64,000 nt of DNA from Myxococcota bacterium (GCA_963676915.2 CAXXVK010000010.1:32001-96000); one strand, 5' to 3'. Shown: positions 37,776 through 51,202, counted from the stretch's first letter. The notes: a model not told the origin generated them from the letters alone. Translations and numbers: made by a program.

Positions 37776-38150
37776 ATGAGCAACCAGAAAATCATTCTCG
37801 CCAGCTTTTTCAGCGCGGCCCTGCTTGCCGGCTATCTCATCATGCAGATCGTCGACAGCGTTATGGCCATGTTCGAGCTAGGCAATCCACTGGCCGGAAC
37901 CGGCTTGGAAATTCCCTGGTTGGTCGGACTGGTTACCGGGGGTATTACCTTTTACGTGTTTTATCGTCGGGAAGATCTCAACAGCTGGGCGAACATTGTC
38001 GTCAAGGAAGTAAAGAAGATCACCTGGCCCACGTACAAAGAAGCCAAAGCAGCGACGCTCGTCGTGATCGTTCTGACGGGTATCGTTGCGTTGATCCTGG
38101 GACTTTTCGACTGGGTGTTTGCGTCGTTGACGGGAATCATCTACTCGTAG
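37776..38150 (+). CDS. secE: Preprotein translocase subunit SecE (3-TM form)
   Basis: EVKKITWPTYKE..TLVVIV..ILGLFDWVF; lies between tRNA-Trp and nusG. Confidence 0.92.
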   Translation: MSNQKIILASFFSAALLAGYLIMQIVDSVMAMFELGNPLAGTGLEIPWLVGLVTGGITFYVFYRREDLNSWANIVVKEVKKITWPTYKEAKAATLVVIVLTGIVALILGLFDWVFASLTGIIYS

Positions 38151-38178
38151 TTCATTACCGTAAGATCGGGGACTTATT

Positions 38179-38877
38179 ATGACGGGCGACAAGCTGGATC
38201 AGGAAAAGAAATCGTTGGACGAAGTGAATGAGGCCGAAGAGCCTTCTTCTTCCGTTCCTGCGAATCCTCTTCCCGAAGGCGATCTTGAAACGGATGCAGC
38301 CTCGCTCGAGGAGCAACCTGTCGCTCAGCAGCCGCAAGAAGAGGAAGTTCCAAAGAAGTGGTATGTGGTCCACACATACTCCGGTTTCGAAAACAAAGCC
38401 CGTTTGTCTCTGCTCGAAAACATCAAGCGCATGGGGCTGGATAAATATTTCGGTGAAATCCTGGTTCCTACCGAGCAGGTCGTCGAGTCGGTCAACAAGA
38501 AAAAACGTACGTCGAGTCGCAAGTTTTTCCCCAGCTACATGCTGGTGGAAATGAACTTGAACAAGTTTTCCTGGCACTGCGTGAAGGATACGCCGAAAAT
38601 TACCGGATTCGTTGGAAATTCCACCCAGCCTCCGGCAGTTCCCGAGCGCGAAATCATGGCGATCAAGAGTCAGGTCACCGAAGGTTACCAGAAGCCGAAA
38701 CCGAAAATTTCGTTTTCGGAAGGCGAAACGGTACGTGTGGTGGATGGTCCTTTTGCCAATTTCTCCGGTGTTGTGGAAGAGGTCAAACCCGACAAAGGGC
38801 GTGTCATCGTTTCCGTTTCCGTATTTCAGAGAGCCACTCCAATCGAGCTGGAATTCACCCAGGTCGAAAAAGAATAG
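38179..38877 (+). CDS. nusG: Transcription termination/antitermination factor NusG
   Basis: [39 protein letters not shown] domain; acidic N-terminal extension. Confidence 0.95.
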   Translation: MTGDKLDQEKKSLDEVNEAEEPSSSVPANPLPEGDLETDAASLEEQPVAQQPQEEEVPKKWYVVHTYSGFENKARLSLLENIKRMGLDKYFGEILVPTEQVVESVNKKKRTSSRKFFPSYMLVEMNLNKFSWHCVKDTPKITGFVGNSTQPPAVPEREIMAIKSQVTEGYQKPKPKISFSEGETVRVVDGPFANFSGVVEEVKPDKGRVIVSVSVFQRATPIELEFTQVEKE

Positions 38878-38927
38878 CGATACATCGATAAGTCCATGCA
38901 ACCGATCGGGCATGGTTGGAGGTTACA

Positions 38928-39353
38928 ATGGGTAAGAAAATTGTCGGACAGGTGAAGTTACAAATCCAGGCGGGCAAGGCTACTCCTTCTCCCCCGATCG
39001 GACCCGCGCTCGGGCAGCACGGCGTCAACATCATGGATTTCTGCAAGCAGTACAACGCCAGAACGCAGAAGCAGGCGGGGATGGTGATTCCCGTGCTGAT
39101 CACCGTGTATTCGGATCGGTCGTTCAGCTTCATCACCAAAACGCCCCCGGCGTCCGTTTTGATCTTGAAGGCTATCAACAAGCCCAAAGGTTCCGGCGAA
39201 CCCAACAAGCGCAAAGTTGGAAAGATCACTCGCGAGCAATTGCTTGAAATCGCGGAGATCAAAAAGACGGACCTTAACGCCAATGATGACGATGCCGCAA
39301 TCAATATTATTGCCGGTACCGCTCGTTCGATGGGCGTCACGGTGGTCAAATAA
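38928..39353 (+). CDS. rplK: 50S ribosomal protein L11
   Basis: [31 protein letters not shown]. Confidence 0.97.
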   Translation: MGKKIVGQVKLQIQAGKATPSPPIGPALGQHGVNIMDFCKQYNARTQKQAGMVIPVLITVYSDRSFSFITKTPPASVLILKAINKPKGSGEPNKRKVGKITREQLLEIAEIKKTDLNANDDDAAINIIAGTARSMGVTVVK

Positions 39354-39392
39354 ACCGTTTTAAACGGCTAGGTAGTTAAAATCATTCATGAT

Positions 39393-39423
39393 TGCGGGAG
39401 GCTAGCCGCCGCTTGTACCGCAA
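39393..39423 (+). promoter_or_regulatory. Putative L1-binding autoregulatory RNA site upstream of rplA
   Basis: TGCGGGAG...TACCGCA stem with a GGGAG internal loop, resembling known L1 target sites. Confidence 0.45.
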
Positions 39424-39434
39424 GGAGAACGACC

Positions 39435-40142
39435 ATGGCAAAACACGGAAAACGTTACCGAAATCTGAAAGAAACCGTCGATTCCGCGACCAAATACGCT
39501 CTTGCCGAAGCGTTGACAAAAGTCAAAGCGATGAAGACGGCCAAGTTCGAGGAATCTCTGGATGTGGCGATTCGTTTGAATGTCAATCCGAAATATGCCG
39601 ACCAGATGATCCGAAGCGCGGTTGTGCTTCCGCACGGAACCGGAAAAACGGTTCGAGTTCTCGTGTTTGCCAAGGGTGAAAAAGAAACCGAAGCGAAAGA
39701 AGCCGGTGCCGATTTCGTCGGTGGTGAAGATATGGTCGAGAAGATCAAAGGCGGATGGCTGGACTTCGATAAAGTCATCGCAACCCCCGACATGATGGCC
39801 CAGGTTGGTAAAATCGGTAAAATTCTCGGTCCGCGTGGTTTGATGCCTAACCCCAAGGTGGGATCGGTCACGTTCGATATCAGCAAGACGGTAGGCGAAA
39901 TGAAGGCAGGACGCGTGGAATTCCGCGTAGACAAAGCCGGTATCATTCACTCGTCGATCGGTCGCGCTGGATTCAGCGAGGATCAAATCAAAGAAAACCT
40001 TCTGGAACTCGTTGGCACGCTCGTAAAACTGCGTCCTGCCTCGGTAAAAGGTACCTATATCCTCGGGATCGCGTTGTCCCCGACGATGGGACCGTCCGTG
40101 CGGGTCGATGTTCCCAGCGTGACGGAAGAGTTGCAGCAGTAA
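39435..40142 (+). CDS. rplA: 50S ribosomal protein L1
   Basis: [38 protein letters not shown]. Confidence 0.97.
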   Translation: MAKHGKRYRNLKETVDSATKYALAEALTKVKAMKTAKFEESLDVAIRLNVNPKYADQMIRSAVVLPHGTGKTVRVLVFAKGEKETEAKEAGADFVGGEDMVEKIKGGWLDFDKVIATPDMMAQVGKIGKILGPRGLMPNPKVGSVTFDISKTVGEMKAGRVEFRVDKAGIIHSSIGRAGFSEDQIKENLLELVGTLVKLRPASVKGTYILGIALSPTMGPSVRVDVPSVTEELQQ

Positions 40143-40183
40143 ATAGTAACGGTCGATCGGAGTGTTTGGCTCCGTTTGCTTTT

Positions 40184-40262
40184 GTCAAAGACCACGGGCG
40201 AATCGATTCGATTCTTAATGTGTCCTGTGTAGACGAGGGTAGGTCTTAGGCTCCCTCTCCTT
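40184..40262 (+). promoter_or_regulatory. L10 leader (L10/L12 autoregulatory RNA)
   Basis: GTCAAAGACCACGGG...TTAA...CCTGTGTAGAC motif upstream of rplJ. Confidence 0.6.
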
Positions 40263-40318
40263 TGGCCGGGTTGTCGTAACGGGCAATCCGTAAAATTTCC
40301 AGGAAAGGGGGAAATGCG

Positions 40319-40879
40319 ATGCGTACAAAGCAGCAAAAAGCAGAACAGCTCGAAGCATTAAACGAACTGTTCGAAAAAGCGACGACAGTTATTTTAACTC
40401 GTTACACGGGTATTTCGGCCGCCAAATTGACGGAGTTGCGCCGGAAATTCACGGAAGCGGGCGCCAAGTATCAGGTCGTCAAAAATACGTTGGCCAGGCG
40501 AGCCGTGCAGGGCGGAAAAATGGAATTTCTGTCCGAGTATTTCAAAGGCCCGGTCGCTTTGGCCGTGGGTTTCGACGATCCGTCGGCACCTGCAAAAGTA
40601 TTGACGAAGGCTGTAAAGGATGCCGATTACAAAAAGCTTGAAGCCGTCGTCGGTGCCTTGGAAGGAACGAAGATCGAACCGGAAGGGCTGGAAAGCCTCT
40701 CGAAGATGCCGGGAAAACTCGAACTTCGTGCGCAATTGCTGGGTACGATGAACGCCGTCCCGTCGAAGTTCGTCCGAACTTTGAACGAAGTGCCGGAAGG
40801 ATTCGCTCGTTTGCTCGGAAACGTCAACGGCGGATTCGTTCGCGTGTTGGCGGCCCGAAAGGCCCAACTCGAAGAGTAA
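40319..40879 (+). CDS. rplJ: 50S ribosomal protein L10
   Basis: YTGISAAKLTELRR, VVKNTLARRA, LSKMPGKLELRAQLLG. Confidence 0.95.
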   Translation: MRTKQQKAEQLEALNELFEKATTVILTRYTGISAAKLTELRRKFTEAGAKYQVVKNTLARRAVQGGKMEFLSEYFKGPVALAVGFDDPSAPAKVLTKAVKDADYKKLEAVVGALEGTKIEPEGLESLSKMPGKLELRAQLLGTMNAVPSKFVRTLNEVPEGFARLLGNVNGGFVRVLAARKAQLEE

Positions 40880-40952
40880 GATCAGCGCTAGAAATCATTA
40901 AGAAAACACCGCTATGGCGGTAAACGAAAAAACGATACGAAAGGAACCTAAA

Positions 40953-41348
40953 ATGGGTTTGAGCAAAGACGAAATCAAGGAAGCCCTGAGCCAGATGACC
41001 GTTCTCGAAATGTCCCAACTGATCAAAGAGTTGGAAGATGAGTGGGGCGTTTCCGCCGCGGCTCCGGCCGGTGGAATGATGATGGCCGCTCCGGCCGCCG
41101 GTGGCGATGCCGGTGAAGCCGCTGCCGAAGAAGAAAAGACGGAATTCGACGTGATTCTGGTTGACTTCGGTGCCGAAAAGATCAAGGTTATCAAGGAAGT
41201 CCGCGCCCTCACGAGCCTGGGCCTCAAAGAAGCCAAAGAGTTGGTCGAAGGCGTTCCGCAGCCCGTCCGCGAAGGCGTGCAGAAGGAAGAAGCCGAGGAA
41301 GCCAAGAAGAAATTGGAAGCCGTCGGCGCCAAAGTCGAAGTCAAATAA
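40953..41348 (+). CDS. rplL: 50S ribosomal protein L7/L12
   Basis: [58 protein letters not shown]. Confidence 0.97.
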   Translation: MGLSKDEIKEALSQMTVLEMSQLIKELEDEWGVSAAAPAGGMMMAAPAAGGDAGEAAAEEEKTEFDVILVDFGAEKIKVIKEVRALTSLGLKEAKELVEGVPQPVREGVQKEEAEEAKKKLEAVGAKVEVK

Positions 41349-41384
41349 GCGGTCTTTTTTCCGCTTCGACTGTATATCGAAGAA

Positions 41385-41413
41385 CCGGGCGGGGTTTCTC
41401 CCGCCCGGGCTTT
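41385..41413 (+). terminator. Terminator/attenuator between rplL and rpoB
   Basis: CCGGGCGGG-gtttct-CCCGCCCGG followed by GCTTT. Confidence 0.6.
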
Positions 41414-41730
41414 CGTGCTTGAATATTGAAAAAATTGTGCTTTTTTAGTGATTTATGTTAATTGAGTTCATGGAATAGCGCGAGTCCAGGTCGTCTACTT
41501 TGAGGGTTCCGGTCGGAAGTGTAGGAAGTAAGGTTTCACAAAAACGTCGAGGGGTTTGCATGGAACCTTGGGAAAGAAACCTTGAAGTTTTGAAAACGAT
41601 GTGGACCGCAAGTGTCGAGCGTGGGAACCAACGGAAAGAAAAGCGTATTATTGTAAACGGATCGGGAACAATCTACGGGGGGTGCCAAGTAGCATCGATC
41701 GCGATTGAAACCCGGCGATGAGGAGGCGGA

Positions 41731-44700
41731 ATGTCCTTTATCGGCCAGCGAAATTTCAGAGTGCGCAAAAACTACGCCACCATCAAGAAAATCATCGAGT
41801 TGCCGAAACTCATCGAAATTCAGAAGCATTCGTATGACGAGTTTCTGCAAAAAGATGTTTTGTTGGAAGACCGCCGGGACATCGGGCTCCAGGCCGTTTT
41901 CAAAAGCGTCTTTCCTATCAAAGATTTCAACGAAACGTCTTCGTTGGAATTCGTGTCGTACAATCTAAGCGAACCGAAATACGATGTGGACGAATGCCGC
42001 CAGCGCGGCATGACGTTTTCGGCTCCTATGAAGGTCATGATTCGGCTCGTAGTCTGGGATAAAGATCCCGAACTCGGCACCATGAGCATTCGTGATGTCA
42101 AAGAGCAGGAAGTCTACTTCGGCGAGATGCCGTTGATGACCGAAAACGGAACGTTCATCGTTAACGGAACAGAGCGCGTCGTGGTCTCGCAGCTCCACCG
42201 TTCCCCCGGTGCGTTTTTCGAGCACGACAAGGGGCGTACACATTCTTCCGGTAAGCTCTTGTTTAGTGCTCGCGTGATCCCGTACCGTGGTTCCTGGCTG
42301 GATTTCGAATTCGACGCCAAAGACAACCTGTACGTCCGGATCGACCGCCGCCGAAAACTTCCTGCAACGATTCTGTTGCGTGCCTTGGGATTTTCCGCCG
42401 AGGAACTGCTCGCGAAGTTCTACAAGCTGCAGACCATTACGGTCGAGAGTGGGCGAGTGATCCGCAATCTGGATCTAGATCTTCTGGCCGGAGGTCGCGC
42501 CACCAAGGAAATCCGTAATCCCGAAACCAAGGAAACGATTGTCCGCAAGGGCAAGAAAATCACCCGGATCGCCGTCCGCAAAATGAAAAAAGCGGAAATG
42601 ACCGGTGTGGCGATCAATTGGGAAGATGTCGTCGGAATGTTTGCCGCCGAGGATGTGGTGGATGACAAAACCGGCGAAGTCGTGGTGGAAGTCAACGAGG
42701 AAATCACCGAAGAAAAGGTAGAGGAACTCAAGAGCCGTAAGGTGACCAGCTTCAAGACTCTGTTCATTGATATGATGAACTACGGTCCTTACCTGCGCAA
42801 TACCTTGGCTATCGATAAAGTGAACAATACCGAAGAAGCGGTCATGGAAATCTACCGGCGTCTGCGCCCGGGCGATCCGCCAACCGCCGATTCTGCCAAC
42901 CGCTTGTTTCAGAATCTGTTTTTCAACCCGGAACGCTACGATCTGAGCCGGGTGGGTCGTCTCAAATTGAACCACAAGTTCGAAATCGACGAACCGCTGG
43001 ATAACGGCGTGCTGACCGTTCCGGATATTCTTTCCATCGTCAAACATCTAATCGACTTGCGCGATGGTCGCGGAGCCGTGGACGACATCGACCACTTGGG
43101 CAATCGGCGCGTTCGCGCTGTTGGCGAATTGCTTGAAAACCAGTTCCGTATCGGTCTGGTGCGTATGGAGCGGGCCATCAAGGAACGCATGACCCTGCAA
43201 GAGATCGAAACCCTGATGCCGCACGACCTGGTGAATTCCAAGCCGGTAAGCGCCGTCATCAAGGAATTCTTCGGGTCGTCCCAGCTTTCCCAGTTTATGG
43301 ATCAAACCAACCCGCTGTCGGAAGTTACCCATAAGCGGCGTCTTTCGGCTCTCGGACCGGGCGGTCTGACTCGTGAGCGTGCAGGTTTCGAAGTCCGCGA
43401 CGTTCACACCACTCACTATGGTCGTATCTGCCCGATTGAAACGCCGGAAGGTCCGAACATCGGTCTGATCGCCTCGTTGTCGTCCTATGCGCGAGTTAAC
43501 GAATTCGGATTCATCGAAACTCCGTATCGAGAGGTCAAGGACAGCAAAGCCTCGCCGAACGTTCATTATCTTTCCGCTCTGGAAGAGCGCAATCAGGCCA
43601 TCGCCCAGGCGAACGCCCTGCTCGACGATGAAGGCAATTTCGTCAACGAATGGATTAGTTGCCGTGAGGAAAATGAATTCGTGCTGAAAAAAGCCGAAGA
43701 CATCACCCTGATGGACGTGTCTCCGAACCAATTGGTTTCGGTAGCCGCCTCGTTGATTCCCTTCCTCGAAAACGATGACGCCAACCGCGCCTTGATGGGT
43801 TCGAACATGCAACGGCAGGCGGTTCCATTATTGACGGCAAAATCGCCTCTCGTCGGTACCGGCATGGAAGCGACCGTGGCCCGGGATTCCGGCGTGACGG
43901 CTGTAGCCAAGCGTGACGGTATCGTGGACAGCGTAGACGCCAGCCGTATCGTCGTTCGGATCGAACCTGACAAGAACAACCTCGACGAAGTGACCCACGT
44001 TGACATTTACAACCTTGTAAAATATCAGCGTAGCAACCAGAATACCTGCATCAACCAGATGCCTATCGTGCAAAAAGGCGACAAGGTGAAGGTCGGCGAC
44101 GTGCTCGCCGACGGTCCCGCGACCGAGTCCGGCGAACTGGCTCTCGGGCAGAACGTCGTGGCAGCCTTCATGCCTTGGGGCGGGTACAACTTCGAAGACT
44201 CCATTCTCGTGTCCGAACGGATGGTGATCGACGACGTGTTCACCTCCATTCATATCGAGGAATTCGAAACGGTATCCCGGGATACCAAACTCGGTAAAGA
44301 GGAAATCACCCGCGACATTCCCAACGTTGGTGAAGAAGCCCTCAAGGATCTCGACGAGTCGGGTATCGTTCGCGTCGGTGCGGAAGTGAAATCCGGCGAC
44401 ATTCTCGTCGGTAAAATCACTCCGAAAGGCGAGACGCAGCTTTCCCCCGAAGAAAAACTGCTTCGAGCCATCTTCGGTGAAAAAGCCGGTGACGTACGGG
44501 ATACCTCTCTGCGGGTTCCGCCCGGAGTGTCCGGTGTCGTGATCGACGCCCGAGTCTTCTCCCGAAAAGGAGCCGATAAGGATTCCCGTTCGGACGTTAT
44601 CGAAGAGAACGAAACCAACCGTCTGCTGAAAGACCAGAACGACCAGATTCGCATCATTCAGCAATCGACGTACATGACGATCTGCAAGCTTTTGCTCGGC

Positions 44701-45855
44701 AAAATTCCCAAGTCCAACCTGATCGACGACAAGGGCAAAGTTTTCCTGCAAAAAGGCCAGCAGATTTCCAACGAAAACCTCGAAGGCGTTCCCCGGCGTC
44801 TGCTGAACAAAATCAAATTGCAGAACGAGCCGGAACTTGAAGAGAAAATCGACCGCATCCTCAACAACATGAGCGAGGAAGTCAAGCGGATCAAGAATCA
44901 CTTCGAGGCGAAAATCGAACGCTTGAAGAAGGGTGACGAACTGGCTCCCGGCGTGATCAAAATGGTGAAGGTTTACATCGCCATGAAGCGCAAGATCCAG
45001 GTCGGTGACAAAATGGCCGGTCGCCACGGAAATAAAGGTGTTATTTCCCGAATTCTTCCGCTCGAAGACATGCCGTTCATGCCGGATGGCCGTCCGGTGG
45101 ACATCGTGCTCAACCCCTTGGGTGTTCCCTCTCGTATGAACGTGGGACAGATCCTCGAAATCCACCTGGGTATGGGTGCTCGCGGTATGGGGCGGATGCT
45201 TCAGAAATACATCGACGAAAATCTCGGTGTGGACAAAATCCGTAAGGATCTCAAAGAGTTCTACAATACTCCCGAGTTTTCCGCCGATATTGACTCTGCT
45301 TCGGATGACGTGGTTGTCGATTTCGCACGCACGTTGGCAGAAGGCACGCACCTTGGAACGCCTGTTTTCGATGGTGCGCCCGAAACGGCTGTTGCCGATC
45401 TGTTGACGACCACCGGCCACGAGGCCAACGGTCAGACGATTCTGTTCGATGGCCGTACGGGAGATCCTTTCTTCCAGGACGTGACGGTGGGTGTGATGTA
45501 CATCCTGAAACTCCACCACCTGGTCGATGACAAAATCCACGCCCGGTCCATCGGTCCGTATTCCCTTGTTACCCAGCAACCGTTGGGTGGTAAGGCGCAG
45601 TTCGGTGGCCAGCGCTTGGGTGAAATGGAAGTCTGGGCCATGGAGGCGTATGGCGCGGCGCATACGTTGCAGGAATTCCTAACGGTCAAGTCGGATGATG
45701 TTGCAGGACGTACCCGGATGTACGAGTCGATCGTCAAGGGAGCCTACGATATCGATTCGGGCTTGCCGGAATCCTTCAACGTTCTCGTCAAGGAACTGGA
45801 AAGTCTGGGGTTGGCGGTTGAATTGCTCGACGAAGCCCCGGCCCCGAAGGTCTAA
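41731..45855 (+). CDS. rpoB: RNA polymerase beta subunit
   Basis: 1374 aa; [49 protein letters not shown]. Confidence 0.99.
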   Translation: MSFIGQRNFRVRKNYATIKKIIELPKLIEIQKHSYDEFLQKDVLLEDRRDIGLQAVFKSVFPIKDFNETSSLEFVSYNLSEPKYDVDECRQRGMTFSAPMKVMIRLVVWDKDPELGTMSIRDVKEQEVYFGEMPLMTENGTFIVNGTERVVVSQLHRSPGAFFEHDKGRTHSSGKLLFSARVIPYRGSWLDFEFDAKDNLYVRIDRRRKLPATILLRALGFSAEELLAKFYKLQTITVESGRVIRNLDLDLLAGGRATKEIRNPETKETIVRKGKKITRIAVRKMKKAEMTGVAINWEDVVGMFAAEDVVDDKTGEVVVEVNEEITEEKVEELKSRKVTSFKTLFIDMMNYGPYLRNTLAIDKVNNTEEAVMEIYRRLRPGDPPTADSANRLFQNLFFNPERYDLSRVGRLKLNHKFEIDEPLDNGVLTVPDILSIVKHLIDLRDGRGAVDDIDHLGNRRVRAVGELLENQFRIGLVRMERAIKERMTLQEIETLMPHDLVNSKPVSAVIKEFFGSSQLSQFMDQTNPLSEVTHKRRLSALGPGGLTRERAGFEVRDVHTTHYGRICPIETPEGPNIGLIASLSSYARVNEFGFIETPYREVKDSKASPNVHYLSALEERNQAIAQANALLDDEGNFVNEWISCREENEFVLKKAEDITLMDVSPNQLVSVAASLIPFLENDDANRALMGSNMQRQAVPLLTAKSPLVGTGMEATVARDSGVTAVAKRDGIVDSVDASRIVVRIEPDKNNLDEVTHVDIYNLVKYQRSNQNTCINQMPIVQKGDKVKVGDVLADGPATESGELALGQNVVAAFMPWGGYNFEDSILVSERMVIDDVFTSIHIEEFETVSRDTKLGKEEITRDIPNVGEEALKDLDESGIVRVGAEVKSGDILVGKITPKGETQLSPEEKLLRAIFGEKAGDVRDTSLRVPPGVSGVVIDARVFSRKGADKDSRSDVIEENETNRLLKDQNDQIRIIQQSTYMTICKLLLGKIPKSNLIDDKGKVFLQKGQQISNENLEGVPRRLLNKIKLQNEPELEEKIDRILNNMSEEVKRIKNHFEAKIERLKKGDELAPGVIKMVKVYIAMKRKIQVGDKMAGRHGNKGVISRILPLEDMPFMPDGRPVDIVLNPLGVPSRMNVGQILEIHLGMGARGMGRMLQKYIDENLGVDKIRKDLKEFYNTPEFSADIDSASDDVVVDFARTLAEGTHLGTPVFDGAPETAVADLLTTTGHEANGQTILFDGRTGDPFFQDVTVGVMYILKLHHLVDDKIHARSIGPYSLVTQQPLGGKAQFGGQRLGEMEVWAMEAYGAAHTLQEFLTVKSDDVAGRTRMYESIVKGAYDIDSGLPESFNVLVKELESLGLAVELLDEAPAPKV

Positions 45856-45924
45856 GTCGTCGCCGAGTCGGTGTTTTGTGCGTACCTTTGAGAGAAATTA
45901 TACTGAACTAATAAGGAGTTGGTC

Positions 45925-48900
45925 GTGAGAGATATTTTGAGCTTTTTCGAGAGATCTCAACCCTCCATTTCGTTCAACGCGATGAGGATTTCCCTGGCGT
46001 CCCCCGAAAAAATCCTCGATTGGTCCCGGGGCGAAGTAAAGAAGCCCGAGACGATCAACTACAGGACGTTCAAGCCCGAGCGAGATGGCTTGTTCTGCGC
46101 CCGCATTTTCGGACCGGTCAAGGATTACGAGTGTTTGTGTGGAAAATACAAGCGCATGAAACACCGTGGCGTGATTTGCGACAAATGCGGTGTCGAAGTC
46201 ACGCAAAGCAAGGTTCGTCGTGAGCGGATGGGTCATATCGACCTCGCGGCTCCCGTGGCGCACATCTGGTTCCTGAAATCCCTGCCGTCGCGTATCGGCA
46301 ACCTGTTGGATCTGACGCTGAAAGATCTCGAGCGGGTGCTGTACTGCGAAGCGTATATCGTCACCGATCCGAAAGACTCTGCGCTGGCCAAAAACCAGAT
46401 TCTGACCGAGGACGAATACTATAACGCCTTGGATACGTTGGGAGATTCTGCCTTTGACGCCGGAATGGGTGCCGAAGCGGTCATGAAACTCCTCAAGGAA
46501 ATCGACGTGGTTTCGTTGACGGCGGAACTTCGTGAGGACATGAAAGAAGCGACCTCCGAAGCGAAGCGCAAGAAAATCGCCAAGCGTCTGCGCGTAGCCA
46601 CCTCGCTGAAAGATTCCGGCAACAAACCCGAGTGGATGATGCTGACCCGCGTGCCGGTGCTTCCCCCGGACCTGCGGCCTCTGGTTCCGTTGGATGGTGG
46701 ACGTTTCGCTACCTCCGACCTCAACGACCTTTATCGTCGGGTGATCAACCGCAACAATCGTCTGAAACGATTGATGGAATTGAACGCCCCCGAAATCATT
46801 ATCCGTAACGAAAAGCGCATGTTGCAGGAAGCCGTGGATGCCCTGTTCGATAACGGGCGTCGCGGAAAGACCATTACCGGTCCCAATAAGCGGCCGCTGA
46901 AATCCCTGTCGGATATGCTCAAAGGTAAACAGGGACGTTTCCGGCAGAACCTGCTTGGTAAGCGCGTCGATTACTCCGGCCGTTCCGTCATCGTGGTCGG
47001 ACCGGAACTCAAGCTGCATCAATGCGGTCTGCCCAAGAAAATCGCGTTGGAACTGTTCAAACCCTTCATTTATCATCATCTGATCGAGAAGGGACTGGTT
47101 TCGACGATCAAATCGGCCAAGAAGATGGTCGAAAAAGAAAAAGACGAGGTTTGGGACATCCTCGACGAGGTGATCCGCGAGCATCCGGTCATGCTCAACC
47201 GTGCTCCGACGTTGCACCGCCTCGGTATTCAGGCGTTCGAGCCGAAGCTGATCGAGGGTAAAGCCATTCAGTTGCATCCGTTGGTTTGTACGGCATTCAA
47301 CGCCGACTTCGACGGTGACCAGATGGCGGTGCATATTCCGTTGTCCGTGGAATCCCAACTCGAAGCTCGCGTGCTGATGATGTCTACCAACAACATCCTC
47401 TCGCTGGCCTACGGCAAGCCGATCATCCTGCCGTCGCAGGATATCGTCCTCGGTATTTACTACCTGACGCGTAAAATCCCCGGAAGTCCGGGTGAAGGAA
47501 CGATTTTCTCCGATCGCGCCGAAGTGATTTCCGCCGTGAACAACCGAGCGGCACATTATCAGGCCGCCGTCAAAGTTCGTATGGAAAACGGCGAGTTGGT
47601 TGAAACCACGCCTGGCCGGATCATGCTCAGCATGTTGTTGCCCAAGGAAATGGAGTTCTCCGAAATCAACCGGGTGATGGACAAGAAGAAAATCGGAGAG
47701 CTGATCGACAAATGCTTCCGTATCGCCGGTGGCAAGACGACCGTTCTGTTGGCTGACCGCCTGCGGTCCTTGGGGTATCGCATCGCTACGGAAGCCGGTA
47801 TTTCGATTTGTCTGCACGACATGCGTATCCCGGAAGAAAAAGACGAAATCATCGGTCTTGCCAACAAAGACGTTCAGGAGATTCAATCTCAGTACGATGA
47901 CGGTCTGATTTCCGACGGTGAACGTTACAACAAGGTTATCGATATCTGGACCGAAGCGACCGACGACGTCGCCGAAGCCATGATGAAAAACCTGTTCAAA
48001 GAAAAAATGATCGATCCCGACGGTAAGGAGATCGATATTCCGAGCCGAAACTCGGTGTATATCATGGCCGACTCGGGTGCTCGTGGTTCCGCACAGCAGA
48101 TTCGTCAGCTTGCCGGTATGCGTGGTTTGATGGCGAAACCCTCCGGTGAAATCATGGAATCGCCCATTACCGCAAACTTCCGCGAAGGACTGAACGTTCT
48201 CCAGTACTTCATTTCGACCCACGGTGCTCGTAAAGGTTTGGCCGATACCGCGCTGAAGACCGCCAACTCGGGATATCTGACCCGTCGTCTGGTGGATGTC
48301 GCGCAGGATTCGATCATCAACGAAGACGACTGCGGCACCATCGAAGGTATCGAAGTTCAGGTGCTGACCGAGGGTGGTGAAATTATTCAGACTCTCGGCG
48401 AACGTATTCTCGGTCGTGTGGCGTTGGACGACATTCTCGACCCGTACACGGACGAAGTCATTGTTCCCGCAAACGAGATCATCGACGAAAAACTGGTCAA
48501 AAAGGTTGAAGATGCCGGTATCGAACGCGTGCATATCCGATCCGCACTGACCTGTCAGACCGAACGCGGCGTCTGTGCCAAGTGCTACGGTCGTGACCTT
48601 TCGCGTGGTATTCTCGTCAACCTCGGTGAGGCGGTTGGCGTTATCGCGGCACAGTCCATCGGTGAACCGGGTACCCAGCTTACCATGCGTACCTTCCATA
48701 TCGGTGGTGCGGCCTCCCGCCGGATCGAGCAGTCTTCGATCGAAGCTCGTTATCCCGGACGGTTGCATTTCGAAAATCTGCACACCGTCGAGGATGGCAA
48801 GGGCCAGCTTGTCGCCATGAACCGTAACGGTGAAATCGTCATTCAGGACGAAACAGGCCGTGAGCGCGAACGGTACAAAATCGTATACGGTGCTGCCATT

Positions 48901-50094
48901 CGTTTCAAAGAAGGCGAAATGGTCAAGAGCGGTGATTCCATCGCCGAATGGGACCCCTGGTCGATGCCGATTCTTACGGAAATCGGTGGTGTCGCGAAGT
49001 TTGGAGACATGGTTGAAGGTTCGACCATGGCCGAACAGCTCGATACGGTAACCGGTTTGTCTCGAAAAGTGATTACCGAAACCAAGGTCGTTAACATGCG
49101 TCCGCGGATTGCGATTCGCGACGAAAACAACCACACCTTGTCGGTGGGTATCAATAAGCAACCCGCTCGGTACATGTTGCCGGTGGGAGCGAACGTGATG
49201 GTCGAAGACGGCCAGACGGTTGAGGCCGGTGACGTTCTTGCGAAAATCCCGCGTGAAACGACGAAATCCACCGACATTACCGGTGGTCTTCCCCGCGTTG
49301 CGGAGCTTTTTGAAGCCCGCAAGCCCAAAGATCATGCCGTCATTACAGAAATCGACGGAACGGTTTCTTTCGGTAAAGACACCAAAGGTAAACGCAAAGT
49401 CATCGTGACGCCCGAGGTTGGTGAACCACGCGAATACCTTATTCCTCGCGGTAAATTCATCTCGGTTCACGAAAACGATTTCGTTCGTGCCGGTGAGCCG
49501 CTGATGGATGGTTCTTCGAACCCGCATGATATTCTTAGAGTTTTGGGTGAAAAAGAGTTGGCCAAATACCTCGTGGATGAAATCCAGCAGGTGTATCGGC
49601 TGCAAGGTGTCAAGATCAATGACAAGCACATCGAAGTCATTGTTCGCACCATGTTGCGCAAAATTCGTATCAAAGAGGTCGGAGATACCGATTTTCTCGT
49701 GGACGAGCAGGTCGATAAGTTCCAATTCTTGCGTGAAAACCGCCGAATCATGGCCAAAGGTGGCCGTCCGGCCATTGGTGAAAGCCTTTTATTGGGCATA
49801 ACCAAGGCTGCTTTGGTCACGGATAGCTTTATTTCGGCAGCTTCTTTCCAAGAAACAACAAAAGTCTTGACAGAGGCTTCGATTTCTGGCAAGGTCGACC
49901 TCCTTCGTGGGTTGAAGGAGAACGTGATCATGGGCCGGTTGATTCCGGCGGGTACAGGTTCTTCGAAATACGCGAAGATCAATATTGAACTGGATCGCCC
50001 CGGTGAAGACGACGAAGATGACGAAAACACCGAGGAAACAAGCTTCGTAGCTGACGGTCCGGATGGCAAAGATGAAACGACGGCTGCCGAATGA
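45925..50094 (+). CDS. rpoC: RNA polymerase beta' subunit
   Basis: [12 protein letters not shown] catalytic motif, zinc-finger [12 protein letters not shown]; GTG start after AAGGAG. Confidence 0.99.
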   Translation: MRDILSFFERSQPSISFNAMRISLASPEKILDWSRGEVKKPETINYRTFKPERDGLFCARIFGPVKDYECLCGKYKRMKHRGVICDKCGVEVTQSKVRRERMGHIDLAAPVAHIWFLKSLPSRIGNLLDLTLKDLERVLYCEAYIVTDPKDSALAKNQILTEDEYYNALDTLGDSAFDAGMGAEAVMKLLKEIDVVSLTAELREDMKEATSEAKRKKIAKRLRVATSLKDSGNKPEWMMLTRVPVLPPDLRPLVPLDGGRFATSDLNDLYRRVINRNNRLKRLMELNAPEIIIRNEKRMLQEAVDALFDNGRRGKTITGPNKRPLKSLSDMLKGKQGRFRQNLLGKRVDYSGRSVIVVGPELKLHQCGLPKKIALELFKPFIYHHLIEKGLVSTIKSAKKMVEKEKDEVWDILDEVIREHPVMLNRAPTLHRLGIQAFEPKLIEGKAIQLHPLVCTAFNADFDGDQMAVHIPLSVESQLEARVLMMSTNNILSLAYGKPIILPSQDIVLGIYYLTRKIPGSPGEGTIFSDRAEVISAVNNRAAHYQAAVKVRMENGELVETTPGRIMLSMLLPKEMEFSEINRVMDKKKIGELIDKCFRIAGGKTTVLLADRLRSLGYRIATEAGISICLHDMRIPEEKDEIIGLANKDVQEIQSQYDDGLISDGERYNKVIDIWTEATDDVAEAMMKNLFKEKMIDPDGKEIDIPSRNSVYIMADSGARGSAQQIRQLAGMRGLMAKPSGEIMESPITANFREGLNVLQYFISTHGARKGLADTALKTANSGYLTRRLVDVAQDSIINEDDCGTIEGIEVQVLTEGGEIIQTLGERILGRVALDDILDPYTDEVIVPANEIIDEKLVKKVEDAGIERVHIRSALTCQTERGVCAKCYGRDLSRGILVNLGEAVGVIAAQSIGEPGTQLTMRTFHIGGAASRRIEQSSIEARYPGRLHFENLHTVEDGKGQLVAMNRNGEIVIQDETGRERERYKIVYGAAIRFKEGEMVKSGDSIAEWDPWSMPILTEIGGVAKFGDMVEGSTMAEQLDTVTGLSRKVITETKVVNMRPRIAIRDENNHTLSVGINKQPARYMLPVGANVMVEDGQTVEAGDVLAKIPRETTKSTDITGGLPRVAELFEARKPKDHAVITEIDGTVSFGKDTKGKRKVIVTPEVGEPREYLIPRGKFISVHENDFVRAGEPLMDGSSNPHDILRVLGEKELAKYLVDEIQQVYRLQGVKINDKHIEVIVRTMLRKIRIKEVGDTDFLVDEQVDKFQFLRENRRIMAKGGRPAIGESLLLGITKAALVTDSFISAASFQETTKVLTEASISGKVDLLRGLKENVIMGRLIPAGTGSSKYAKINIELDRPGEDDEDDENTEETSFVADGPDGKDETTAAE

Positions 50095-50335
50095 ACCCAT
50101 GAGGTAGCCTCAAGATAAAGTGTCTTGCTTGTCTTTTCGATAACGGACGCTTTAGGTACCCAAACTGCTCTACGGAGTTGGGGTAAGTGGGAACCTGGAT
50201 TTCTCCCTGCATTCTTTCTCGAATGCACGGTCTTCCACGTTTCCACAAAAAAAGATTTTTCAGGTTGACGTTTTCAAAGAATTTGTCTTTGAAACGATTG
50301 GATGGACGGTAATTTACGCGACAAAGGTTGAGGCG

Positions 50336-50707
50336 ATGCCAACAATAAACCAGCTTGTACGCAAAGGACGCAAAACCATCAAAAAGAAAACCGCGTCACC
50401 GGCGTTGAAGTCTTGCCCGCAACGGCGAGGCGTCTGCGTGCGTGTGTATACGGTTACGCCGAAGAAACCGAACTCGGCACTGCGTAAAGTAGCTCGTGTT
50501 CGGTTGACGAGCGGCTACGAAGTGACCACCTACATTCCGGGTGTCGGTCACAACTTGCAGGAGCACTCGGTCGTGCTGATCCGAGGCGGCAGAGTCAAAG
50601 ACCTGCCGGGTGTCCGCTATCACGTGGTTCGTGGTGCGCTGGATGCTGTGGGCGTCGATGGCCGCCGTAACGGACGGTCGAAGTACGGCGCGAAAAAACC
50701 CAAGTAA
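50336..50707 (+). CDS. rpsL: 30S ribosomal protein S12
   Basis: [32 protein letters not shown]. Confidence 0.99.
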   Translation: MPTINQLVRKGRKTIKKKTASPALKSCPQRRGVCVRVYTVTPKKPNSALRKVARVRLTSGYEVTTYIPGVGHNLQEHSVVLIRGGRVKDLPGVRYHVVRGALDAVGVDGRRNGRSKYGAKKPK

Positions 50708-50731
50708 TTCCCGGTTGCCAGGAGGTTTACC

Positions 50732-51202
50732 ATGCCGCGCAAACGCGAGGTTCCAAAGCGTCATATCAATCCCGATCCCAAGTACAACGATGTACTGCTG
50801 GCGAAGTTCATCAATTGCATGATGCTCAAAGGCAAGCGGTGCGTCGCTGAAAAGAGCATGTACGGAGCGTTGGAGATTATCGGCCAGAAGGCCAAAGACG
50901 ACGCCCTTCACGTGTTCCGCAAAGCGGTCGAAAACACGAAGCCGGTCATCGAAGTCAAAAGCCGCCGCGTTGGTGGTGCGACGTATCAGGTTCCGACCGA
51001 TGTTCGCCCCGAACGCCGCCAGGCTCTGGCGCTTCGCTGGATCATCAATGCCGCCCGTGCTCGTGGTGAAAAAACGATGGCCGAGCGGCTGGCCGCCGAG
51101 CTGATCGATGCGTTCAACCAGCGGGGCACCGCGTTCAAAAAACGTGAAGACGTGCACCGCATGGCCGAAGCCAACAAGGCTTTCGCCCATTACCGCTGGT
51201 AG
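50732..51202 (+). CDS. rpsG: 30S ribosomal protein S7
   Basis: [28 protein letters not shown]. Confidence 0.98.
   Translation: MPRKREVPKRHINPDPKYNDVLLAKFINCMMLKGKRCVAEKSMYGALEIIGQKAKDDALHVFRKAVENTKPVIEVKSRRVGGATYQVPTDVRPERRQALALRWIINAARARGEKTMAERLAAELIDAFNQRGTAFKKREDVHRMAEANKAFAHYRW

Noticed and set aside
41500-41721. 73-aa ORF between rplL and rpoB
   Set aside because: No RBS or recognizable motif; more likely promoter/leader DNA.
45898-49725. 1275-aa antisense ORF opposite rpoC (also 43828..45663 opposite rpoB)
   Set aside because: Shadow ORF: biased codon usage in highly expressed genes removes stops on the reverse frame. No recognizable motifs.
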